A stretch of DNA of 64,000 nt. It comes from an uncultured Candidatus Saccharibacteria bacterium (GTDB taxonomy: Bacteria > Patescibacteriota > Minisyncoccia > Minisyncoccales > CSSED10-335). Under the pieces are notes generated by a model that worked only from the letters and a program-made list of their open reading frames with translations, did not search any database and was not told where the DNA came from. A program made the position numbers and the translations under genes. Location of the stretch: positions 28,086 to 92,085 of the forward strand of contig CAZPFW010000001.1 in NCBI GenBank assembly GCA_964586065.1. Direction: 5' to 3'. This document shows, piece after piece, positions 19,516 to 30,285 of this stretch (its first letter is position 1; every line of letters begins with the position of its first letter).

Positions 19516-19785
19516 TTATCGAATTTCGGAATTTAATCTAATAATTTCTCTTTCTACATCCTTTATCGTCTTCTCTATCTCTTCTTCACTCATAAGACTA
19601 ATTTCGTCTCTTATCTTCTGGATGTCAATTGATGAATTATCAAGAACTTCATCTATTTCTCGAGAAAAAGCCTGAGTTTTAATTGAATGAAAAGTAACTA
19701 TAATCACCCCGGAAACAAGAACAAAAACAGCTATTAAGACAGCTCTTATAAAGTCTCTGTTTTTCATATTAGACAATTTTATCAT
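19516..19785 (-). CDS. Single-TM coiled-coil hypothetical protein
   Basis: TM followed by a heptad-like helix; start may be the second Met. Confidence 0.65.
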   Translation of the reverse strand: MIKLSNMKNRDFIRAVLIAVFVLVSGVIIVTFHSIKTQAFSREIDEVLDNSSIDIQKIRDEISLMSEEEIEKTIKDVEREIIRLNSEIR

Positions 19786-19808
19786 TAAACAATTGATTTG
19801 TGAAGAGT

Positions 19809-20474
19809 TTAAGGAATAAATATAACTCTGTTGTCATCAGCGTGATATCGATAATCGGTTTCGTTTGAGATAAGATTGATAATGTATCCATTGGTAAGTT
19901 TTTGATTATAATTCTCACCGGGAGCGGAAGTTCCTAGGGTAGAATCAGAGAAGACGACCGATTCAATATCACCAAACTTTATTTCAGAAACATCAATTTT
20001 CAATCTCTCTGCAAGATCTTTTTTTGCAGCCAATACTGGAGCGATTTCATTCTCCTTAATCATATCCGTTTCTTGATCAACTTCGAGCTCGGACTCAAAC
20101 TCGACTTCAACCAAAGGACATCTGATTTCCGCCACCTTTTTAGGGCCTTCACCTTCAAGTCTAAGCATGATTGGGTCTTTTAAATAATTCATTTTCACGC
20201 TTATCATATCTCCTTCTTGAGTGATTTTTTCAACAAAAGCGTCTTCGGGGACGACCTCCGAACAAAGAATTGAGGCGGAGTCTATCGTCGCCGCAAGAGA
20301 TTCTGTGAAGATGTCTTCTTCTATCTCGCCCCCTTGAAGATACTCTTTATAAAAGCTTGTTATACTTGCCACTTCCAAATCTCTTTTCTGGATAAGATAG
20401 ACTGTTAAGACCACCGCCATGATAAGAGTCATTACTATAAGAAAGTGTTTTATTGCAAATCCGTCTTTTCTCAT
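19809..20474 (-). CDS. Membrane-anchored hypothetical protein
   Basis: N-terminal TM; promoter TTGAAA-16-TAGAAT upstream. Confidence 0.7.
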   Translation of the reverse strand: MRKDGFAIKHFLIVMTLIMAVVLTVYLIQKRDLEVASITSFYKEYLQGGEIEEDIFTESLAATIDSASILCSEVVPEDAFVEKITQEGDMISVKMNYLKDPIMLRLEGEGPKKVAEIRCPLVEVEFESELEVDQETDMIKENEIAPVLAAKKDLAERLKIDVSEIKFGDIESVVFSDSTLGTSAPGENYNQKLTNGYIINLISNETDYRYHADDNRVIFIP

Positions 20475-20513
20475 AAAACAGATTCTACCTTATTTTCAAG
20501 TTTTTTCAAGGAA

Positions 20514-23270
20514 TTACTTCGCATACTCGCAAATTCGCCTAAAATCACAATAACGACAATGCCAACCGGGAATCGGGTTGAATTTTCCTAAATTAATCTC
20601 TTCCGCTTTTCGAAAAATCCTTTCAAGAGCCTCTTCCTTCCTCTTCTGATCAGCCGTGAAAGATATTTTTTCTCCCTCTTCCATGAAGTTGAAAGTTAAT
20701 TTATTTACTTTCAAACCGAAAGCCCTTTCAGTTGCGATTTGATAGATAACCAATTGGTCTTTCTCCATTGATGAGATTCTCTTTTTAAATTTTCCGGTTT
20801 TAAAATCTATAATCTCAACTCCGTCACTTAAATTATGAATGGAATCAATCTTCCCTTTAATCCAATAATCATCAAGTTTTACCCTGAATGATTGCTCTAA
20901 TGCGGGTTTATCTTTAATTATTGTTATCGGAGGCGGATTCTTCTTATACTCATTATAAACTCTTTTTATTATCTTTTCACCGATGAGATATTTTTCTTTT
21001 TTACTCTCTTGAGAACCGTACCAATCGTCGGGCCAACAAGATTTGTATAGAGATAGCGTTTCGCTCATTGTTATTTTTCGATCAATTCGCGCTTTAGAGA
21101 ACTCGTAAATCGCTTTATGCATCAATTTTCCAAATATTTGAGAAGGCTTATCTCTTGATGGGATCATTAAAACATGGGTGAAAAAGTATTGATGAGGACA
21201 TCTCGTATAGGCGGCTATCTTGGTAAAAGAGATATCTTTTATTTTTCCATAACTCAATTGACTCTTTTTTTCGTTCTTCTTGTATTTTTCGTCCTTTAAA
21301 ATAGGTTCTTTTTCAAAAAACCCGAGCTCTATCAAAAAACGAGAAATTCTTCTCTTTCGAGCTCCTCCATAATCATCGGCCGAAGTGAAAGTTATTCCAT
21401 CTTTTGCTCTAGTCATCGCCACATAGAAAAGCCTTCTTTCTTCTTTAAGATGATCTTCTTTTGTCTTTTCAACATTAAGAGGAAGATCGATTGGATCGGG
21501 TTTTGCGTCAGCGGGAAACCTTCTGTCAACCATATTTGCAATAATCACATGACTGAATTCCAGTCCCTTGGCGGTATGAATTGTCATAATCTTTACAGAA
21601 TTTTCTTCTTCAAAATCTGAAGCTATTGATCCTGATTCTCCGGAGTCCAACTCGAAATTAATTTCTTCCATAAAGCCCTTCAGTCTGTTAGAAGGATTTG
21701 ATTCTTCAAACTGCTTAATTCTGTCAAAGAATTGATTTAAATAGATGAAATCTTCAATTCCATTGGTCTTGTTTAATTGATTTAAAAGTCCTGACTCATT
21801 AAGAAAAGATGTATAGATCTCTGAAACGGAATTATGTATTGATAGAAGAGAATCTCTCTCAACCATCTCCACTATTTTTTTGATTTTTGATACAGATTCT
21901 TTGGATAAATCTGATACTGAATCCACCTGAACCAATGTCGCATAGATCGATTGTGATTTTTTGTAAGAGTACTCGGTTAATTTCACAATCTCATCCGGTT
22001 TCAGTAAAAAGAAACTTAAAACTCTGTAAACAGCAGAAGCTTCGTGATAATTATCCAATAATCTGAAATAAGCTAAAATATCCAGTATTATCGATTTCAG
22101 ATAGAGTCCTTTCATAGATAGGAATCTGCAAGGAATTCCTCTTCTTTCACAATCTGTTGTTATCTTTTGGGCGTCGTTATTGGTTCTTGTCAATACAGCA
22201 ATATCTTTGAAATCATATATTTTGTTAATTTCAATTATCTTTTCGCTGATGCCCCTTAATTCCATATCCAACGATTTAAAGTGTAAATGTTCTATATCAC
22301 CTTTTCCTTTTCTCGTTGATTTCAACGGTTCCGCTTTATCATTATCAACTGTTATAAATTTATGAGACAAATCCAGAATATTTTGAAAAGAGCGATAATT
22401 TTTCGAAAGATTAATCGTTTCAACTTTGAGATGATTTTTCTTAAAAAGATCCAGATTATTGGACGAGGCTCCGCGCCATCGATAAATAGATTGATTACCA
22501 TCAAGACAGATGACGATGTTTTTTCTTTTCTTGGCTATCTGATTGACTATTTCGTATTGAATTCTATTAGTATCTTGAAATTCATCTATAGTAATGTATT
22601 TGAAGTTTCTTTGTAACCTTTTAAGAATGAGGGGTCTTTCTTTAAAAAGTTTGAGCGTATAGATAAGAAGATCTCCAAAGTCAAGGGAATTATTATCCAA
22701 AAGGATTTTTTGATAAGTTTGATAAGCTAAAGCAATCTCTTTAACTCTTTCTTGGTCAGGTCCTTTTTTCTTGGAAAGATTAAGATAATTTTCCACTGAA
22801 ATCATCTCGTCTTTACATCGAGAAAAATGAGTTAAGAGAGTATTGATGAATCTATGAGGACCTCCAATCGGCTTATAATAAGAAAAATTAAACTGATCAA
22901 ACTCTTTGGCCATTAAAACTTTAGAACTGATATCATCGATCAATCTGAAATCAACAGGGAGCCCTATATCAACGGAATAATTTCTTAATATTCTTTCGCA
23001 AAATGAGTGAAACGTTAATATCCAAAAATCAGAATAAGCATACGATTCAGGCAAAGCTTGCTCCACTCTGTCATGCATCTCCGAAGCCGCCTTATCCGTA
23101 AAAGTAAGGGCCAATATCTCATCGGGAAGCGCTTTTTGCAAAGAGATCAATTGTGCGATTCGATAAGTTATTACAGCGGTTTTTCCGGTTCCGGCCCCCG
23201 CTTTAATAATAAGAGGTCCATCTTGATGCAAAACTGCTTGTTGTTGCTCTTTATTAAGCTTTAGATTCAT
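20514..23270 (-). CDS. UvrD/PcrA-like helicase fused to PD-(D/E)XK nuclease (AdnAB/AddAB-like single chain)
   Basis: AGAGTGKT, DEFQD, TIHTAKGLEF, YVAMTRAK; GKID..IIDFKTG; Cys motifs CPHQY and CRYCDFRRIC. Confidence 0.9.
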   Translation of the reverse strand: MNLKLNKEQQQAVLHQDGPLIIKAGAGTGKTAVITYRIAQLISLQKALPDEILALTFTDKAASEMHDRVEQALPESYAYSDFWILTFHSFCERILRNYSVDIGLPVDFRLIDDISSKVLMAKEFDQFNFSYYKPIGGPHRFINTLLTHFSRCKDEMISVENYLNLSKKKGPDQERVKEIALAYQTYQKILLDNNSLDFGDLLIYTLKLFKERPLILKRLQRNFKYITIDEFQDTNRIQYEIVNQIAKKRKNIVICLDGNQSIYRWRGASSNNLDLFKKNHLKVETINLSKNYRSFQNILDLSHKFITVDNDKAEPLKSTRKGKGDIEHLHFKSLDMELRGISEKIIEINKIYDFKDIAVLTRTNNDAQKITTDCERRGIPCRFLSMKGLYLKSIILDILAYFRLLDNYHEASAVYRVLSFFLLKPDEIVKLTEYSYKKSQSIYATLVQVDSVSDLSKESVSKIKKIVEMVERDSLLSIHNSVSEIYTSFLNESGLLNQLNKTNGIEDFIYLNQFFDRIKQFEESNPSNRLKGFMEEINFELDSGESGSIASDFEEENSVKIMTIHTAKGLEFSHVIIANMVDRRFPADAKPDPIDLPLNVEKTKEDHLKEERRLFYVAMTRAKDGITFTSADDYGGARKRRISRFLIELGFFEKEPILKDEKYKKNEKKSQLSYGKIKDISFTKIAAYTRCPHQYFFTHVLMIPSRDKPSQIFGKLMHKAIYEFSKARIDRKITMSETLSLYKSCWPDDWYGSQESKKEKYLIGEKIIKRVYNEYKKNPPPITIIKDKPALEQSFRVKLDDYWIKGKIDSIHNLSDGVEIIDFKTGKFKKRISSMEKDQLVIYQIATERAFGLKVNKLTFNFMEEGEKISFTADQKRKEEALERIFRKAEEINLGKFNPIPGWHCRYCDFRRICEYAK

Positions 23271-24237
23271 CTTCGCTCTTTTCTCTTAGTATTCGATCAA
23301 GAATATTTCTGATTTTTAACAATGAATCATCGTCAATAATCGATACAGCAAAAGACTCGGGAAATTTTTCTTTTATATTAAACATCTTTTCCTCCAATTC
23401 TTTCTTATCTGACAGATCTGATTTGGTAATCATTATGAATTCGGGTTTAGAAGTTAATCCTTTTCCGTAGAGATCTAACTCTTCTCTTATGAGCTCATAA
23501 TCCTTTAAGAAGTCATCCGATTCTGAAGATATGAGATGAAAAAGAATTTTAGTTCTTTCAATATGGCGCAGGAACTTGATACCCAATCCTTTTCCTCTTG
23601 ATGCCCCGGAGATCAATCCTGGAATATCAGCCAATATCAGCCCGTTATACGCCCCCAAATGAGGTTCCAGTGTAGTGAAGTGATAATTGGCAACTCTACT
23701 CTTGGCCCCGGTCAGTATATTCAAAAGAGACGACTTCCCGGCATTGGGAAGCCCGATCAATCCGACATCGGCGATCAATTTAAGTTCAAACTCAATTTCG
23801 GCTTCAATTCCGGGTATTCCTTCGGTGAATTCTTCCGGACTAGTATTAACCGATGATCGAAATGAAAAATTACCACGACCTCCTTTACCTCCTTCTGCCA
23901 AAACAACCCTTTCACCGATTTTTATCACTTCTTGACTGCTACCGGTAGTAAGATTGAAGACTACCGTCCCAACAGGAATCTTAAGAATTATGTCTTTGCC
24001 AGAATGACCCGCTCTGCAAGAACCTCCACCAATTTTTCCGTTATCCGCTCGAAACTCTTTCTTGTATCTGAACTGCCTCAAAGCTCCGATATCAGAAACT
24101 CCTTCGGCGATGACATCGCCTCCCGATCCCCCATTTCCTCCGGTTGGGCCCAATCTCATCTTCTCTTTGCTAAAAGCGACGATTCCATCTCCGCCCTTAC
24201 CACCCGATACTTTTATCTTTATCTTATCTATCAACAT
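23254..24237 (-). CDS. obgE: GTPase Obg
   Basis: Gly-rich Obg fold, GLPNAGKSS, DIPGLI. Confidence 0.96.
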   Translation of the reverse strand: MLIDKIKIKVSGGKGGDGIVAFSKEKMRLGPTGGNGGSGGDVIAEGVSDIGALRQFRYKKEFRADNGKIGGGSCRAGHSGKDIILKIPVGTVVFNLTTGSSQEVIKIGERVVLAEGGKGGRGNFSFRSSVNTSPEEFTEGIPGIEAEIEFELKLIADVGLIGLPNAGKSSLLNILTGAKSRVANYHFTTLEPHLGAYNGLILADIPGLISGASRGKGLGIKFLRHIERTKILFHLISSESDDFLKDYELIREELDLYGKGLTSKPEFIMITKSDLSDKKELEEKMFNIKEKFPESFAVSIIDDDSLLKIRNILDRILREKSEDESKA

Positions 24238-24451
24238 CTATCATCTCTTCTGAATCTTTTTCGATATCTTCTTTTATCTCCTCAAACTCATTCTCAATCT
24301 CCTTAAGCCTCTTCCTGCTCTTCTTTATGATTTCAGCAGCTTCTTTGACTTTTCTCAGACTCTCCTCTATATCAAGATCCTCTCTCTCTTCAAACCAATT
24401 TGTTATATCGGATAATTTCTTTAAATTATCGCTAAGATTTTCTTTACTCAT
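24224..24451 (-). CDS. xseB: Exodeoxyribonuclease VII small subunit
   Basis: Size, helical pattern, coupled to xseA. Confidence 0.85.
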   Translation of the reverse strand: MSKENLSDNLKKLSDITNWFEEREDLDIEESLRKVKEAAEIIKKSRKRLKEIENEFEEIKEDIEKDSEEMIDVDR

Positions 24452-25811
24452 TTTTTATTATTTTCTTAATAATTGATTCCATTGAACCATCACAAACTTT
24501 AAGTTCTAATAAGTCGTCTTTTTTAAAACCCTTTACTGTTTTTACAATCTTTTTGTTTGAAAAAATCATACTGTATCCCAAACTAAGTTGTTTTTCCGGA
24601 TCATTGTTTAAAACTCTTTTCTCAAGATTATCGATTTGATTAGACAAATCCTTCCTCAAAAAATGAAACCTGTTCTTTAAATCATCCCATCTTAATAACA
24701 AACTCTTCTCTTGAATGTCAATTCTGTCTTTTAAATCTTTAATCAAAAATAAACCGGATTTAGATAATTCCTTCTTCTTATCCGATATGGAAAATCCCAT
24801 TCTTAGTATCTCTTTATTGATCTTTGTAATACCGGCTTGATATTTTTTTAAAATCAAATCAAGAGTACTTGTTGCTGTTTCAAGGGTGTCGTTGAGTTTC
24901 TCTTTAATCAAGAAAAGAGTTGATTCAAATCCTTTCATTATTATCACTTCACCAATATTGATTTTATCTATCGCTTTTTCCCAAGAAGTATTGATTAATT
25001 GAGCAGTTGCGGTTGGTGTTGATTCTGAAGCGTCTGCCGCTAAAGAGACTAATGTGACATCTTTATGATGTCCGATCCCTGCAATTACGGGCACGGGAAA
25101 GGAGGCCACTTCTCTGACTAAAGTTTCATTATCAAAAGCCATTAAAGATTCCAACGATCCACCTCCTCTTATTATCACAAGAACATCTATTTTCTCTTTT
25201 TTAAAAAGATTAATCGCCCTAAGAAGTTTTTCAACCGCCTCTTGCCCCTCAACTCTCGAATCGATCGCCTTTATCTTGAAGCCGAACTTTCCAAGATTGC
25301 TTGTAAAATCATGTATCACCGTTCCGCTGCGCAAAGATGTTATAACTCCGATTCTTTGAGGATATTCCGGAATTTCACGTTTTTTATCCAAATCAAAGAT
25401 ACCTTCCTTTGAAAGTTTCTCTTTCAGCTCATCATAAGCTTTTTTTAAAGCTCCTTCTCCGACCAACTCAACTGTCTCTGCTTTAAAACTGAGCTGACCA
25501 CTTACCGGATAGATATCAACTGACCCAAAAAGAATCACCTCAATTCCATTTTTGAGATCAACTCCGCAGATCTGATAATTATATTTCCAAATAACACAAC
25601 GAAGAGTATTACCATTTCTTTTATCTCTTAAAGAGAACCAATAATGTCCATTGGCGTCTCTTTTTAGATCGGAAACTTCACCGATCAATCGAGCTCTTAT
25701 TCTTCTCAAAACTTCATTGGTGAATTCTATGAATTGAGAAACCTCAAGCGGAGTTTCAGACCCCAACCTATATCTTTTTGTGAAATCCATTATCTTTAAA
25801 TTATCATTCAT
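24444..25811 (-). CDS. xseA: Exodeoxyribonuclease VII large subunit
   Basis: OB fold, RGGGS, GIGHHKD, TPTA. Confidence 0.95.
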   Translation of the reverse strand: MNDNLKIMDFTKRYRLGSETPLEVSQFIEFTNEVLRRIRARLIGEVSDLKRDANGHYWFSLRDKRNGNTLRCVIWKYNYQICGVDLKNGIEVILFGSVDIYPVSGQLSFKAETVELVGEGALKKAYDELKEKLSKEGIFDLDKKREIPEYPQRIGVITSLRSGTVIHDFTSNLGKFGFKIKAIDSRVEGQEAVEKLLRAINLFKKEKIDVLVIIRGGGSLESLMAFDNETLVREVASFPVPVIAGIGHHKDVTLVSLAADASESTPTATAQLINTSWEKAIDKINIGEVIIMKGFESTLFLIKEKLNDTLETATSTLDLILKKYQAGITKINKEILRMGFSISDKKKELSKSGLFLIKDLKDRIDIQEKSLLLRWDDLKNRFHFLRKDLSNQIDNLEKRVLNNDPEKQLSLGYSMIFSNKKIVKTVKGFKKDDLLELKVCDGSMESIIKKIIKNE

Positions 25812-27009
25812 ACCTTAAAGCATCAACTGGTTCCATCTTTGCAGCTCCCCGTGCTGGGAAATACCCCGAAAGGCAACCGATTAAAAATGAGAACAGTAAC
25901 CCAAAAAATATCAATGAAAACGAGATGTGAGCTTCAAGGTAGTTGTAATCGCCACGATTTAATATCAACTCGACTATTTTAGAAAAACCGATCCCGGAAA
26001 TCACTCCTCCGATCCCCCCTATAATACCTATGATTCCAGACTCGAATAAAAAGATTAGATTGATATGGTTTCTTTTGGCCCCGATAGCCTTCAGAATTCC
26101 GATCTCCTTGGTTCTCTCTTTTACAGAAGTGAACATCGTATTCATAATTCCAATTCCGCCGACGATTATTGCAATACTGGCAAACAAGAAAATTGCGGCT
26201 TGTAATGTCTTTAATATTCCGTCAACCATATCGGAAACCGTGTCACTGGCTAAAACAGAGAAATTTGCCAAATCCTCCCCAGCTCTCCTTTTCTTTGTTT
26301 CTTCAAGAGAGTTTTTAATGTTTTCCACAACAACTGATGTTTCAAACCCGGAAGAAACTTTCGCCATGGCGACCGGAGCTTCGTCTCTTTGTCCAGTAAT
26401 TTCTCTCAAATTATCAATATCCATAACAATCATCGAATCATCTTGCTTATTCCCCATAGATTTTAAAACGCCACTCACTATAAAGCGTTTACCTTTAATT
26501 GTTAACTCGTCCCCGATTTGTAATCCAGGGAAAATCTCTTTGGGAACGATTTGTCCAACTAAAATTTCTCTCTTTCCTGCCCTTGGAAAAGATCCTTCAG
26601 TTGTGGTCCATCCCATATCTTCTTTGAGTATATCCAATCTGTGATCAAGTTGAGTTCCTGACAAAAAGACCGTTTTGGCTCCAGCCCCATATCTTACAAC
26701 TTCCGCTCCTCTTGATGTTGTTATAACGGAATCAACTCCGCGAGATTTTTCAATGGCGACGATATCAGATCTGGTCAACATACTTCCTCCAACCACGCCC
26801 GTGAAAATGTCTTCACTGGGAACGATGATTATCAGATCTCCTCCCATCATCCTTAATTCTTTTGTTATTGAGTTTTTCAATCCCTCGCTTAAAGAAATGA
26901 GAGCCACGACTAAAAATATCCCAATAACTATTCCCAAGATCGTGAGCCAACTTCTTAACGGTCTTACTCTTAAATTTCTTACCGCCATTTTGAAATATTG
27001 TAAAATCAT
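25804..27009 (-). CDS. ABC transporter permease, MacB/FtsX family
   Basis: RSWLTILGIVIG, ERTKEIGILKAIGA, PVDALRYE. Confidence 0.93.
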   Translation of the reverse strand: MILQYFKMAVRNLRVRPLRSWLTILGIVIGIFLVVALISLSEGLKNSITKELRMMGGDLIIIVPSEDIFTGVVGGSMLTRSDIVAIEKSRGVDSVITTSRGAEVVRYGAGAKTVFLSGTQLDHRLDILKEDMGWTTTEGSFPRAGKREILVGQIVPKEIFPGLQIGDELTIKGKRFIVSGVLKSMGNKQDDSMIVMDIDNLREITGQRDEAPVAMAKVSSGFETSVVVENIKNSLEETKKRRAGEDLANFSVLASDTVSDMVDGILKTLQAAIFLFASIAIIVGGIGIMNTMFTSVKERTKEIGILKAIGAKRNHINLIFLFESGIIGIIGGIGGVISGIGFSKIVELILNRGDYNYLEAHISFSLIFFGLLFSFLIGCLSGYFPARGAAKMEPVDALRYE

Positions 27010-27680
27010 TCTATTTCACCATCTTTTATTCTAATCACTCTATTACCGTAACTGACAAGATTATTGTCATGAGTCACCATTATTACAGTTCTTCCTTTTT
27101 TAAGATTCAATTCTTTCAGAATCTCCATTATCCTCTCTCCTGTTTTTGAGTCCACGTTTCCTGTCGGTTCGTCGGCAACAATAATGTCGGGGTTATTCAT
27201 CAGTGCTCTTGCTATCGCAACCCTTTGACTTTCGCCACCGGAAAGCTCATTTGGTCGATGATTAATCCTTGTACCCAAGCCAAGACTTTCCAAAATGGTT
27301 TTGGCTTTAGCCACAGACTCTTCTTCAGAGACGCCTTGGAAGACAGCCGGGATCATTACGTTCTCAATCGCTGTCAAGTGTGATAAAAGGTTGAATCGTT
27401 GAAAGATAAACCCGATTCGCTTGCCCCTTAATTGGGCTAAACGATCTTCGTCAAGAGATGATATCTTTTCATTTTTAAAAAAGATATCTCCTTCGGTTGG
27501 AGTGTCAAGACAACTAAGAAGGTTAAGTAGTGTTGATTTTCCCGAACCGCTTGGTCCGAGAATTATGACAAAATCTCCTGAAAATATCTCAAGATTTATC
27601 TTTTTTAAAACGTTGAGTTTCAGCTTTCCGAAATTATACTCTTTTGAAACATCGTTTAGTTTTATCAACAATTCGTTCAT
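27006..27680 (-). CDS. ABC ATP-binding protein, LolD/MacB type
   Basis: GPSGSGKST, LSGGESQRV, ADEPTGN, VTHD. Confidence 0.95.
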   Translation of the reverse strand: MNELLIKLNDVSKEYNFGKLKLNVLKKINLEIFSGDFVIILGPSGSGKSTLLNLLSCLDTPTEGDIFFKNEKISSLDEDRLAQLRGKRIGFIFQRFNLLSHLTAIENVMIPAVFQGVSEEESVAKAKTILESLGLGTRINHRPNELSGGESQRVAIARALMNNPDIIVADEPTGNVDSKTGERIMEILKELNLKKGRTVIMVTHDNNLVSYGNRVIRIKDGEIE

Positions 27681-29245
27681 TTAAGTGTAACCAATCTATC
27701 CCCCTCTCTTAATCCCGACAATATTTCAACGTTTCTATCGGTGCTTTTCATTCCAATCTCCACCGAAGTTTTGACAAATCCGTCATCACTGACAAGAAGA
27801 ACTGAATTGTCCTTTATATATGACTCGGGAATAAAAAGAACTGATTCTTTCTTTTTCGTGATAATAGTAACATCTGAAGTCATACCAAACATAACCTCCT
27901 CGGGAAGATTTTCTATACTGATTAATACTTTATAATTGACAATTCCGTCGATCATTTTAGGTGCTTGATCGATAAAAACAACTTCTCCGAAAAAAACTTC
28001 TTTTGGAAAGGCAACGATCTCTATCTCTACAGGATTACCGATTGATACATCAATTATGTCACCCTCGTAAATGAAGACTTCTGCATAATAAGATTGATCC
28101 AACAGGAATGAAACGATCGCTGTTCCCGCCATGACAAATTCATTCGGTTCTGAATTTACTCTGAATAAAGTTCCATCATAAGGCGCCCTTATTTCAGATT
28201 CTTTTAGCATCTCTTGCGCCAAATTAAGATCAAAAGTGGATTGATCGACTCTAATTTGAGCAAGATCAACCAACGACTCAACGGACGACAATTGCTCAAA
28301 GGCTAAATCAAGAGCACCTTCGGCTGTTTTCAAATTTCTTTTAGCCGCCAGAACTTCCGAATCTTTACTTGTTGTTAATGTTTCAATCGATCCGATTAAA
28401 GACACTATTGATGAAAGAGAGAGATTAGTTGATGATTTTTGAGTCAATATCTCGGCAATCTCATTTTGCGCCGATTGATAGCGAACTCTATCTTCCAATA
28501 TCTCTTTTATCAAGTCTAAATTTGAATAAGTTAAATTAAGACTCGCTTCAGTTTCCAAAAGAGTTTCTTTAATCAATTCTTTGTTTTGCTCGTCAATTGA
28601 ACTCCTCTTCTCTTTTACTTTATCCAATGATGACTTTATCTCATCTCTCGCGTTTAAAGCTTTTCGAGCATCCGAAGTGTAGAATTGAGAAAAACAATTT
28701 GAAACGATTTCTGAAACCGTGTCATACGTCAGATCAGTCGACAATATTACTTTATCAATGCTCGAAATCGATTCTTTATAGAGGTTATCCAACCTTTTGT
28801 CGGTCAAATCTTTTGTTGTTTCAAAACCCTCAAACGACAAATCAAAATTAGATTGAGCGTTATTCAAATTAATCTTTGCCTCCTGAAGCTTACCTCCGGA
28901 ATTCATCAATTGATCGTACTCAATTTTCGCCGCTGTCAAAGCGTTTTCAGCTCTCTTAAGATCAATTTTGAGTTTGTCGTTATCCAATGAAGCGATAAGA
29001 TCACCCTTTTTAACCTGATCCCCTTCTTTTGAGAATATTTTGGATATTACTCCCGAAACCCCAAATGATAAATCTATCTCTTCACCTCTTTTTATTGCTC
29101 CAACTTCAAAGATTTCTTTGATCAAATCCCCTCTTCCAACTTCGATCATATCCTCTGTGGATTCATTCTTTTTTACTGCGACTCTATATCCAACTATCAA
29201 TAGTAAAAATATCAGAGACGCGATTATAATGCGTCTTTTTTTCAT
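27677..29245 (-). CDS. MacA/HlyD-like adaptor (membrane fusion protein) with long coiled coil
   Basis: TM anchor, lipoyl halves (GDQVKKGD, IRAPYDG), EILSGLREGD. Confidence 0.9.
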   Translation of the reverse strand: MKKRRIIIASLIFLLLIVGYRVAVKKNESTEDMIEVGRGDLIKEIFEVGAIKRGEEIDLSFGVSGVISKIFSKEGDQVKKGDLIASLDNDKLKIDLKRAENALTAAKIEYDQLMNSGGKLQEAKINLNNAQSNFDLSFEGFETTKDLTDKRLDNLYKESISSIDKVILSTDLTYDTVSEIVSNCFSQFYTSDARKALNARDEIKSSLDKVKEKRSSIDEQNKELIKETLLETEASLNLTYSNLDLIKEILEDRVRYQSAQNEIAEILTQKSSTNLSLSSIVSLIGSIETLTTSKDSEVLAAKRNLKTAEGALDLAFEQLSSVESLVDLAQIRVDQSTFDLNLAQEMLKESEIRAPYDGTLFRVNSEPNEFVMAGTAIVSFLLDQSYYAEVFIYEGDIIDVSIGNPVEIEIVAFPKEVFFGEVVFIDQAPKMIDGIVNYKVLISIENLPEEVMFGMTSDVTIITKKKESVLFIPESYIKDNSVLLVSDDGFVKTSVEIGMKSTDRNVEILSGLREGDRLVTLK

Positions 29246-29463
29246 TGATTAATAAAGTACTTTTTTGTAATGTCAATTAAAAATTCAACAATCTTTATAT
29301 GCCTTTCTTCATCTTCAGCTATTCTTTCTATAACCGCTTTCTCTTTCGGGTCATCTAAAAACGGGATTATCTCTTGACAGGCTTCTAAAGCTCGTTGCTC
29401 ATATTCCAACCCTTTTTCCAAATCAAAGAGGAAGTCTTCTTTGTTTATTGAACACTTTGCCAT
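29242..29463 (-). CDS. Half-ferritin/rubrerythrin-like two-helix protein
   Basis: E..(helix)..EDEERH diiron half-motif. Confidence 0.7.
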   Translation of the reverse strand: MAKCSINKEDFLFDLEKGLEYEQRALEACQEIIPFLDDPKEKAVIERIAEDEERHIKIVEFLIDITKKYFINQ

Positions 29464-29465
29464 GA

Positions 29466-29690
29466 TTATTTTTGATGTTTCTTAATAATTATTCCGACCT
29501 CTTCTTTGTGTCTTTCAGAATCTTTAAAAAGAATTTCACAATGATCCTTAAAAAGCTTGTATTCTCTTTCTGGAAAGCATTCTTTGAGATCGGTATCTAA
29601 AAGAGCTTGATAGAACTCAATCATTGTGGTCTCGATGCGTTGTTCCGCCAAAAGATCATTCAAAAGATCTTCTTTTTTGTTTTCCGGCAT
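29466..29690 (-). CDS. Half-ferritin-like two-helix protein
   Basis: IETTMIEFY..DSERH pattern. Confidence 0.65.
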   Translation of the reverse strand: MPENKKEDLLNDLLAEQRIETTMIEFYQALLDTDLKECFPEREYKLFKDHCEILFKDSERHKEEVGIIIKKHQK

Positions 29691-29769
29691 ATTTTCATAT
29701 TTAGTTTATATAACACATTTTAATATAAAGCGGTGATATGTAAAGAAAAGAGGGAAGACATTGCTTCCC

Positions 29770-30276
29770 TTAACCCATCGGAACACTGCAAAAGCTCTTA
29801 GAATACTTTGAAATGAATTTGGCCAAATAAGCCGAATCTTTTTGAAGACGAACAACGGTTCTCTGCTTCTCTTTAGGAACGAGCCAATAACGAAGACCTT
29901 CAACGTTAAAACTAACTTCCCATAACGAAAAATCTTTTAAAGGTCGCACAAAAGAGTTATAAGCGTCGATCATCTCTTCAAGCTTTATCAAGTCTTTTTC
30001 AAAAGAGATAACAATCCAAGGAAAATCGTAATACCAATCGGAACCCTCATGTCCTTCACAACTTCTCTCGGTCCTAATCCCCGAAGTATTAAGGGAAAAG
30101 ACCAATTTTTTTATTCCCGGATCAAGGATTCTGTCTTTACAAAAGATACAAAAGTCATCATCTATAGAATAATTGTGTCCCCTTTTGCAATTATAACACA
30201 CAAGAAAAGCTTTCAATTGTATCCTCCTTTCAAATGTACTTGTGATTATTGCGTGCTCAAACGCTTGAAAAGGCAA
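29770..30276 (-). CDS. Hypothetical protein with CxxC pairs and D.GI..LV..LN..G..T..SCEGH domain
   Basis: CYNC..CIFC followed by an SCxGH motif; terminator at about 29742-29770; TTG start uncertain. Confidence 0.7.
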   Translation of the reverse strand: MPFQAFEHAIITSTFERRIQLKAFLVCYNCKRGHNYSIDDDFCIFCKDRILDPGIKKLVFSLNTSGIRTERSCEGHEGSDWYYDFPWIVISFEKDLIKLEEMIDAYNSFVRPLKDFSLWEVSFNVEGLRYWLVPKEKQRTVVRLQKDSAYLAKFISKYSKSFCSVPMG

Positions 30277-30285
30277 ACTTAAAGC

